Below, piece by piece: positions 18,988 to 26,476 of a stretch of 32,000 nt of DNA. The stretch's first letter is position 1. Each line of letters opens with the position of its first letter. The stretch is taken from the NCBI GenBank assembly GCA_000175855.1, contig ACYB01000020.1, positions 90,001 to 122,000 of the forward strand, written 5' to 3'. The DNA is from Raphidiopsis brookii D9. Lineage in GTDB: Bacteria; Cyanobacteriota; Cyanobacteriia; Cyanobacteriales; Nostocaceae. The notes below the pieces were generated by a model. It had not been told where the DNA came from, did not search any database, and was given only the letters and a program-made list of their open reading frames with translations. Position numbers and translations under genes: made by a program.

Positions 18988-19143
18988 AATCCCAGGTAAA
19001 TATGGCGAAAATTCCTACTCCAATTGGGGCGATAATATCTGGAGATAGTAAATTTTTAATTTGGAGTTTTTCAGAGAATAATTTTTTCAACCAACTCATA
19101 TAATTCTTTCTTCAGTTGTTTTAAATAAACACGAAATCTGCTC

Positions 19144-19914
19144 TTAACCCATGATTCCGGAGGATAATTCATGGGCTACTTGCTGACAATATTGGGAATA
19201 GACAAGGGAAGTACGAAATTCTTCCGAACGGGGATAGGGTTGGTCGATCACAATATCCGCCACTACTCGACCGGGACGAGGTGCCATGACCACCACCCGA
19301 TTGGATAAATAAACTGCTTCATAAATATTGTGAGTGACAAAAATAATTGTCCAACTTTGTTGACTCCATAAATTAAGTAACTCCACATTTAATTGAGTGC
19401 GGGTAATATCATCTAAAGACCCAAAAGGTTCATCCATAAGTAATACCATGGGAGAGGTGACTAAAGTTCTGGCGATCGATACCCGCATTTTCATCCCTCC
19501 AGAAAGCTGACGGGGATAAGATTGAGCAAACTTTTCTAACCCAACCAATTGTAGGGATTTGTTAATTGCCAGATCCGCCATATTTTTCGGGATTCTAGCT
19601 AATTTTAAGGGTAAACGAACGTTTTCCTGTACTGTAGCCCAGGGCATCAATGCCGGTTCTTGGAAGACAAAAGAGAGATTTTTTTGAGCAGTGAGATTGT
19701 GCCATTGAACTGTTCCTGAATTGTGATTAGTCAGTCCGGCAATAATCCTAAGTAAGGTACTTTTCCCACAGCCGGAAGGCCCTACCAAACTAACAAATTC
19801 ACCAGCATTAATCGTCAAATTTAAGTTAGTCAGAGCAAGGATATCATTGTCAAAAAACTTATTTATCTGACTTAAGGTAATCAAAGGTTGAGAATTCATC
19901 AGTGATTTTTTCAT
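19144..19914 (-). CDS. ABC importer ATP-binding protein (NitT/TauT family)
   Basis: Walker A GPSGCGKST, ABC signature LSGGMKMR, Walker B VLLMDEPF. Confidence 0.9.
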   Translation of the reverse strand: MKKSLMNSQPLITLSQINKFFDNDILALTNLNLTINAGEFVSLVGPSGCGKSTLLRIIAGLTNHNSGTVQWHNLTAQKNLSFVFQEPALMPWATVQENVRLPLKLARIPKNMADLAINKSLQLVGLEKFAQSYPRQLSGGMKMRVSIARTLVTSPMVLLMDEPFGSLDDITRTQLNVELLNLWSQQSWTIIFVTHNIYEAVYLSNRVVVMAPRPGRVVADIVIDQPYPRSEEFRTSLVYSQYCQQVAHELSSGIMG

Positions 19915-19989
19915 TCTATCTATTTGTTGACTCTCCCCACGCCTAAAGGGGATGCTCTGGTATATAATGGCTACATTAATTATATTAAG

Positions 19990-21030
19990 CTAGGAGTTTT
20001 TATAATAATCCATTCCCTTATTCACAAACCTGAGAGTATAAGCCTGTTTGTAATTTGTCTTGGCATCAACAATACCCACGGACACTAAATCTTTAAATAA
20101 AGTTTCCCAGCGTTGGTCGTTCATTGCCCCAATTCCCAAAGTTTTAGCATCTCCTGACATAATTACCTCATAAGCTTTTAGTTGATTAAGTCCATAATCC
20201 ATCAAATCTTCAGTCATTTCTGGGTTATCTTTTTTAATCAGTTTATTGGCGGGTTGAGGATTTTCCAGATAACTATACCATCCCTTAATTGATGCATCAA
20301 CAAACTGTTGCACTAAGTCTGGATTGGTTTCGACTAATTTTTTAGTAGTTTCTATGGTAAAAGCATAGGGATTATACACTGCATCAGCTAAGAGTAATAT
20401 ATTAGGTTTAAATCCACCTTCTTTTTCAATTGTATAAGGTTCGGATGTTAATAAACCTTGTTGGGCGGAATTTTTATCCAATAAAAAGGGGCTTACATTA
20501 AAATTATAAGGGCGTTTTTGGTCATCACTTAACCCATATTTTGCTTTGATTATCGGCCAATAGTCTACCCCGATACTGAGATAAATTGGTTTGCCTTTTA
20601 AGTCCTCAAACGAATCATTACCAACTCCAGGATGGGTTAATAAAACTTGGATTTCTTTTTGAAAAATAGAGGCAACAGTTATTTTTGGAATCTCTTGTTC
20701 TACGGCTTTAATGGCATTAAGACCGCCCCCAATTATGAAATCAACAACCCCTCCCATCAATAGTTGGGTTCCATTCGTTTGGGGACTACCCGGTTGAATG
20801 GTGACATCTAGTCCATATTGGCGATAAATTCCCTTTGCTACTGCTTGATAAAATCCACCATATTCTGCTTCCGCTTTCCAAGAAAGCAGAAGTTTAATAG
20901 ATTCGGCAGATTGTGAACTTGAAAATGTAGAACTTGACTGACTGCAACCGGTAGAAATGCTACCAGCCAAAGCTAAAGAACTCAGTTTGATGAATTGACG
21001 ACGTTTGAGTTGATAATATTTTTCCATCAT
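19990..21030 (-). CDS. ABC importer substrate-binding lipoprotein, NMT1/THI5-like (ThiY/SsuA-like) family
   Basis: The N-terminus KRRQFIKLSSLALAGSISTGC looks like a Tat-type RR motif plus a lipobox Cys. The body resembles NMT1/THI5-type periplasmic binding proteins. The substrate cannot be determined from the sequence. Confidence 0.8.
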   Translation of the reverse strand: MMEKYYQLKRRQFIKLSSLALAGSISTGCSQSSSTFSSSQSAESIKLLLSWKAEAEYGGFYQAVAKGIYRQYGLDVTIQPGSPQTNGTQLLMGGVVDFIIGGGLNAIKAVEQEIPKITVASIFQKEIQVLLTHPGVGNDSFEDLKGKPIYLSIGVDYWPIIKAKYGLSDDQKRPYNFNVSPFLLDKNSAQQGLLTSEPYTIEKEGGFKPNILLLADAVYNPYAFTIETTKKLVETNPDLVQQFVDASIKGWYSYLENPQPANKLIKKDNPEMTEDLMDYGLNQLKAYEVIMSGDAKTLGIGAMNDQRWETLFKDLVSVGIVDAKTNYKQAYTLRFVNKGMDYYKNS

Positions 21031-21258
21031 TTTTTATGGTTTGAGTTGGATCCCATAAACTTTTACAGATTTACACAACTATTATTAATGATTTAGGGTA
21101 TTTTTGGCAATATGGCGGTATGCAGCCAGATTGATTGTATAATTAGGAAGTTAACTAACTAGACAATGGGTGAAATTGTTCACGACTAGACCAAGACTAA
21201 TATAAATAATTTAAATAGATAGTATAAGATTCAACCATTATTAAAAACAATAATAAAA

Positions 21259-21909
21259 ATGAAAAACACATTAACACAGGAAGAATTAAATCAAATTATT
21301 CGAGAGGTGCAATCCTTAGAATTACGTCAGGAGTCAGAATTTGATCGAGAACAGATTCAGGAAATATTGAGGGAGTTGAACTTACCACCAGAATTATTAG
21401 ATCAGGCCTTAATTGGACTACATAATCGTCAAAGACTAGAAGTGAAAAAGCGCCGCAACAAATGGATAGTTATGGGTACAGTTAGTGTAGTTAGCGTAAT
21501 TGTTCTTGCCATAGGATTTTTTAATCAAAAACAGGCTAACTTGCTAACCAAGGTTTCTGTCCAACAGGATAAAATTGTTCTAAGTAGTCAACTAGATGCA
21601 AAAAATGTTACCATGGAGAAGATTATTCCCAAAGACGCTATTAATCCTCAATCCAACAGTGAGATTTTATATGTCGTAACCTTAAAAGATGCACCCCTGG
21701 GGAGAAAATTATCTATGAGCTGTAATTGGATAAATCCCCAGGGCGAAATTGTCAAGCAGAATAATTATCAAACTCGGGAAATTAAAACCTCTGTTTGGGA
21801 AACCCGCTGTCGTTATTCAGTGGATACTGATGTATCCACTGGTAATTGGCAAGTAGAGATGTTTCTGGAAAATCGAGAAATTAGCCAGGAACAGTTCGTC
21901 ATTAAATAA
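21259..21909 (+). CDS. Hypothetical single-pass membrane protein
   Basis: 216 aa. Helical acidic N-terminus, one TM helix (WIVMGTVSVVSVIVLAIGFF), and a beta-rich C-terminal domain. No recognisable motif. Confidence 0.55.
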   Translation: MKNTLTQEELNQIIREVQSLELRQESEFDREQIQEILRELNLPPELLDQALIGLHNRQRLEVKKRRNKWIVMGTVSVVSVIVLAIGFFNQKQANLLTKVSVQQDKIVLSSQLDAKNVTMEKIIPKDAINPQSNSEILYVVTLKDAPLGRKLSMSCNWINPQGEIVKQNNYQTREIKTSVWETRCRYSVDTDVSTGNWQVEMFLENREISQEQFVIK

Positions 21910-21948
21910 TTTTAATTAAATTAAATAGATGTGAACTCACTTTTTCTG

Positions 21949-21978
21949 TTGACAGTTTATATGGTGAGATGCTAGAAT
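21949..21978 (+). promoter_or_regulatory. Sigma-70-type promoter candidate for the AsnB-like/LysA-like operon
   Basis: TTGACA (21949-21954), 18-nt spacer, TAGAAT (21973-21978). This is about 38 nt upstream of ATG at 22016. Confidence 0.45.
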
Positions 21979-22015
21979 AGCAGCGCGGCGAAGGCTTGGT
22001 ATATCAGGTAAATGT

Positions 22016-23851
22016 ATGAACAGGGAATCCCTTAAGGAAGGAAGCGTCAACAATCATATTATTGGATATTGTAGTGACAAGCAACAAGAAAAGCTAACCA
22101 GAAAGATCCAGGGTAGAAAAAAAACCATCAAAAATGGCAAATTTATTTGTGAAGTAATTGACATTGGATACAAAACGGTAGCTAGAAGAGGGAAAAAAAC
22201 CGCCAGAGGAGAGAATATTGATCATGTTATTGTCAGCATTTGTGCAGGGAGAATTGGCAATGCTGACATTTGGGTAAAGTGGGAACATAACAAGTTAATT
22301 TTGGGTAGAGAAATATTTGGCAGAGTTCCCTTATTTTGGACCTGTACAAAAGATGTTATTTGGTTTAGCTCCCAGTTACAATTACTTTTACAGATTCTGG
22401 ATAAATGGGAAATTTATCTTCCTAGTTTATATAGTTATTGTTGTTTCTCATATATAACTAATCCCCTAATGCCCGTGGAGGGAGTATTCTCTGTAATTGC
22501 GGGTCAAGAGATAGTTTTTAGTCTGGATAATCACTTTAATGAAGCAGGAAATATTCCCCCTAAGATTAATTCTCCTCAAGTTAGAACAACTTATCAATGG
22601 CGGGAAAATCCAGAGAAGATAACCGATGAAACAGTGGCAATTTACCAATTGCAGAACTTATTGAAAAATGCCATAGAAAACCAAGTTCAGGATTTAAATC
22701 ATGAACCTGTAGGAGTTTTTTTATCTGGTGGTTTAGACTCTTCTATAGTTGCTGCTTTGTTGGTAGAATCTGGAGTGAAAGTTCGTGCTTATGCTTTAGA
22801 CTTTGGTGAGTTTGGCACTTCTGAATATCCATACGCGCAAAAAGTAGCAGAGTTTTTGAACATACCTCTTGTGAAAGTTGATGTGAGTCCTAAAAATATT
22901 AAAAAAGCCATTATTCCTACAGTTAAAGCCCTAGATTTACCCTTCGGTGATGGTGTTACCGTTCCCCTATATTTAATCAATCAAATTGCCTCACAAGAAA
23001 CTCAAATTGTTTTTAATGGCGAAGGGGGAGATCAACTGTTTGCAGGTTGGACAAATAAACCCCTAATTGCTGCTGGCGTTTATCAAAATCAATATTCCCA
23101 ACATCCTGAAAATGCCAGTTTTATTCAACAATATCTACACACCTTTCATCGTCTATGGGGTTATGAATCCAAAGTATATCAGGCAGAAACTTATGACCAG
23201 ATTCGGCAATTAAATGCCCAAGAATGGCTATTAGATGCTCTCGATAGTCATTTTTGTCCTTCCTTGTTACATCGTCTGCGTCGTGCCAACTTAATGTTAA
23301 AAGGATCCCAAAATATTCACCCCCGTGCTACAGCCATTAGTTTTGCAAATGGTTTAAATGTGCGATCGCCATTTTGTGATTTAGCCCTAGCTGAATGGAC
23401 ATTTCAGCTATCCGGAGAATTGTGTTTACAAGGTGCTTGCGAGAAGTATATTCTCAAACGTGCTGTAGAAAATTGGCTACCAGCAGAAATTGTATGGAGA
23501 CAAAAGCGGGGTATGGGGGTTCCCCTGACTTCCTGGTGTTTAAATGATTTATGGTATGATCTGGGTAACTGGCTAAATCCAGGTATTCTAGGAGAAGAAA
23601 ATATTTTTTATCCCGATATAGGGATAAAAGTTATCACAGGAAAATTAGGAGGAAACATCCATGGGAGACGGATAGGTGAGATACTTTGGTTACTAATTAT
23701 GTGGCAACTTTGGTACACTCACGTTTTTGGTGTTAACCCGACAGCAACGTCTAGCAAAAAGTCCAGCAATCATCCATTTTTACTACCCTATTGGTTATGG
23801 AAAGGATACAGAAAGTTCACCGAAAATCTGATGGAGAGTCTCCCGGTTTAG
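22016..23851 (+). CDS. Asparagine synthetase (AsnB) family protein lacking the N-terminal Cys nucleophile; adenylating PP-loop enzyme of unknown substrate
   Basis: 611 aa. PP-loop VGVFLSGGLDSS, then FNGEGGDQLFAGW, then SPFCD...EKYILKR...LPAEIVWRQKRG, which aligns with E. coli AsnB (VPFLD...EKHILRE...LPASVAWRQKEQ). The N-terminus is MNRESLKEG..., not MCG... Confidence 0.8.
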   Translation: MNRESLKEGSVNNHIIGYCSDKQQEKLTRKIQGRKKTIKNGKFICEVIDIGYKTVARRGKKTARGENIDHVIVSICAGRIGNADIWVKWEHNKLILGREIFGRVPLFWTCTKDVIWFSSQLQLLLQILDKWEIYLPSLYSYCCFSYITNPLMPVEGVFSVIAGQEIVFSLDNHFNEAGNIPPKINSPQVRTTYQWRENPEKITDETVAIYQLQNLLKNAIENQVQDLNHEPVGVFLSGGLDSSIVAALLVESGVKVRAYALDFGEFGTSEYPYAQKVAEFLNIPLVKVDVSPKNIKKAIIPTVKALDLPFGDGVTVPLYLINQIASQETQIVFNGEGGDQLFAGWTNKPLIAAGVYQNQYSQHPENASFIQQYLHTFHRLWGYESKVYQAETYDQIRQLNAQEWLLDALDSHFCPSLLHRLRRANLMLKGSQNIHPRATAISFANGLNVRSPFCDLALAEWTFQLSGELCLQGACEKYILKRAVENWLPAEIVWRQKRGMGVPLTSWCLNDLWYDLGNWLNPGILGEENIFYPDIGIKVITGKLGGNIHGRRIGEILWLLIMWQLWYTHVFGVNPTATSSKKSSNHPFLLPYWLWKGYRKFTENLMESLPV

Positions 23852-25086
23852 TTACAGATCCAACTACGAGTCCCACCATACCTTTTTCCTTAGAATTGGC
23901 TGAGGAATTGTTAGGTACTTATGGCTCTCCTCTGTACGTTTACGATAGCGACATTTTAAATCAAACCATTGCCCATATTACCAAGTCCTTTAAATATCCC
24001 GAAACCAGATTTTATTTTGCCACTGTCACCAATGGTAATATTGCCCTGTTGAAAGTTTTTAAAAATGCCCATTGGGGACTACATGCGAACACACCGGGAG
24101 ATATTTATTTAGGGTTAAGTGCAGGGTTTGCACCCGATAGCATTATATATAGCGGTACTAACTTAAATCGGGAGGAGATAGAGCAGGTATTAAGTTGGGG
24201 TGTAACTACCCTAAATTTGGATAGTCTTGCCCAAGTGCAATTGTTATGTGAAGTTTGTTCATCTCTTAAAAATACAGCAGGAAAAGGGAAAAACTTAAAT
24301 ACATTTAGTCGATTAAACCAGTTAGATATTGGACTGCGGTTAAATGTTGGAGGAGAGAGTCGAATTGGGGTGAGATTACAAGACTTTAACACAGCGATTG
24401 CTATAGCCAAAAATGTGGGATTGGAGATTTCAGGTTTACATTTTTATCGAGGTACAGGAACTAATGCGACCAAAGCATTCACCGATGCAATTGATGAAGT
24501 TTTAGTAGCTGCTCAAAATTTACCACACTGGAAATATATAGACTTTGGTGGTGGTTTTGGTTATCCCTATAATCACCAAGGAATTGCTTTTGATTGGGAA
24601 TTATTTGGAGGAGAGATCATTCAAAGAATTAGTAACTTAGATAGAACAATCAAATTAATCATTGAACCAGGACGTGCTGCTATAGCTAGTTGTGGTACTT
24701 TACTGGCCAAAGTTGTTTCAGTCAAATGGCAAGATAACAAGCAAATTTTAGGAGTAGATTCCACAGTTGGTAATATTGCTGTCCCCTCCGTTTATGGAGG
24801 TTATCGAGAAATTATTAGTTGGAAAAATCACAGTCCTAAATATATCACAGATATTTGTGGAAATACCACCTACTCACGGGATTATCTGGGTAAAAATTGC
24901 CAACTTCCCTCTCTAGAGATGGGAGATATTATCGGTATTTTAGACGTAGGTGCTTATGGTTATGCTATGTCCTCTCATTTTTTACATCGTCCTAAACCAG
25001 GAGAGGTATTATTGGAGAATAGTCAACATCGTCTAATTAGAAACCGGGAGGACTACAGTGTTTTATTGACTAATCAGATATGGTAA
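23797..25086 (+). CDS. Diaminopimelate decarboxylase (LysA) / fold-type III PLP-decarboxylase homolog with a substituted active-site lysine
   Basis: GSPLYVYD, DFGGGFGYPY, EPGRAAIA, DVGAYGYAMSS and HRLIRNRE align along the full length of E. coli LysA. Start is ATG at 23797 (or TTG at 23791), which overlaps the upstream gene by 55-61 nt. Confidence 0.8.
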   Translation: MERIQKVHRKSDGESPGLVTDPTTSPTIPFSLELAEELLGTYGSPLYVYDSDILNQTIAHITKSFKYPETRFYFATVTNGNIALLKVFKNAHWGLHANTPGDIYLGLSAGFAPDSIIYSGTNLNREEIEQVLSWGVTTLNLDSLAQVQLLCEVCSSLKNTAGKGKNLNTFSRLNQLDIGLRLNVGGESRIGVRLQDFNTAIAIAKNVGLEISGLHFYRGTGTNATKAFTDAIDEVLVAAQNLPHWKYIDFGGGFGYPYNHQGIAFDWELFGGEIIQRISNLDRTIKLIIEPGRAAIASCGTLLAKVVSVKWQDNKQILGVDSTVGNIAVPSVYGGYREIISWKNHSPKYITDICGNTTYSRDYLGKNCQLPSLEMGDIIGILDVGAYGYAMSSHFLHRPKPGEVLLENSQHRLIRNREDYSVLLTNQIW

Positions 25087-25111
25087 TAGTTATTATTTTC
25101 AAGTGTTGGGC

Positions 25112-25150
25112 TAGATTACTGTAGATTACTTTAGATCAATCAAGATTACT
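25112..25150 (+). repeat. Four tandem 10-bp-phased direct repeats (tagattact-like) immediately upstream of the 25157 start codon
   Basis: tagattact (25112-25120), tagattact (25122-25130), tagatcaat (25132-25140) and aagattact (25142-25150). Confidence 0.7.
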
Positions 25151-25156
25151 AAAACC

Positions 25157-26461
25157 ATGAAATGTGTAAACTGCGGAACTGATAACAAGCTAAGGGACAG
25201 AAAAGAAAGGAATGGAAGATGTAAACAATGTCATCACCAGTTCACTTTTGAACCAACAGATATGGGAGCGGTAAAAATTACAGATGCCATGTTTTCTAAA
25301 ACGTTGGCTGATATCTCTGTCAATCATACGTTACATTTTACAAATAAACAGTTTTTATATTTTTTAGATAGTCGTCTGAAGAAGAAAGCATTTAAATCCT
25401 CTGGTTTTTGGATACTGTACTTTTCGTTGAGTATTTTCCTAGCATCTATTTTTGGAATAGTGGGCAATTTAATTTTGCAAGTGTTATTTGTTACTTACTT
25501 ATTTCTCCTTGCTCAGTCCAATAAACTTGATAGTTTTACTCGCAGAAATAGTGCCAAGAGATTGGTGTTTGTTGGCGTATTCATCTTAATATTTAGCACA
25601 TTATTGTGGTGGTCATCTTACAATGTAAACTTGATTTTTTATTCCTTCACCTTTTTAGGAATCTTGTCAGTATTATTGGGAATACTCCAATTAGTCAGGA
25701 TTAAAAATTCACGAGACTTAGGATATGATAGTCAAGAATTTTTAATTACTCAGTCAAATGTCAATGATTGGTTAGCAAGATGGCAATTATTGAATGGCAA
25801 AGTTGATAAAATCTTACCGGAAACACCAACCGAAATTGAAGCAGCATCTATTAATCCAGAAATAACCGCTTACAGTTTTGATAGACTAGTGGTTTGTAGT
25901 AGTCCCAGTATAGCTCAAGTGTTAATTGCTAATAACTTACATTTTGAGCATAATTGTGCAATTTTAAGTATGAATGGTTATCCTGAAAATATTTTTGGGA
26001 TAACCATGGAAATGTTAAAAAGAAACCCTAATTTACAGATTTTTGCTTTACATGATTGTAGTCCTGAAGGTGTGAGTTTAGTAAATTATATTCGCACCGA
26101 TGAAAATTGGTTTTTAAATAGTCAACTCCCCATTATTGATATTGGGTTATTACCAAGACAAATTCTAGGCAATAAGGGAGGAATGTTTATACAAAATACA
26201 GCTACCTCAGCGGAAAAATCCAAGAACTTACCCATGGAAATTCGTCAAACTCTATCTGCTCAAGAATTAGCTTGGTTAGATGCTGGTAACTTTATCGAGT
26301 TAGAATCCTTTTCACCACAAACATTGATTCAAGTGATTAGAAATGCTATTTCTAGAAGTTTTGATTTAGTACCTGATAGTAATGGTTTATTAGTAATCAG
26401 CGATCCAGTTAATTATGTTGATACTAATAATAGTATTTACATGATTGAAAGTTTTGGTTAA
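25157..26461 (+). CDS. Zn-ribbon membrane protein with an uncharacterised C-terminal cytoplasmic domain
   Basis: 434 aa. N-terminal CxxC-15 residues-CxxC (CVNCGTDNKLRDRKERNGRCKQC), about four hydrophobic helices (residues roughly 85-180), and a soluble C-terminal domain of about 230 aa with no motif I can name. Confidence 0.6.
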   Translation: MKCVNCGTDNKLRDRKERNGRCKQCHHQFTFEPTDMGAVKITDAMFSKTLADISVNHTLHFTNKQFLYFLDSRLKKKAFKSSGFWILYFSLSIFLASIFGIVGNLILQVLFVTYLFLLAQSNKLDSFTRRNSAKRLVFVGVFILIFSTLLWWSSYNVNLIFYSFTFLGILSVLLGILQLVRIKNSRDLGYDSQEFLITQSNVNDWLARWQLLNGKVDKILPETPTEIEAASINPEITAYSFDRLVVCSSPSIAQVLIANNLHFEHNCAILSMNGYPENIFGITMEMLKRNPNLQIFALHDCSPEGVSLVNYIRTDENWFLNSQLPIIDIGLLPRQILGNKGGMFIQNTATSAEKSKNLPMEIRQTLSAQELAWLDAGNFIELESFSPQTLIQVIRNAISRSFDLVPDSNGLLVISDPVNYVDTNNSIYMIESFG

Positions 26462-26476
26462 GTTTATACATAAAAT

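Noticed and set aside
21031-21258. TPP (THI-box) riboswitch upstream of the NMT1/THI5-like binding-protein gene
   Set aside because: I looked on the minus strand for the conserved CUGAGA core (tctcag on the plus strand) and an ACCUGA element and found neither. There is no sequence support.
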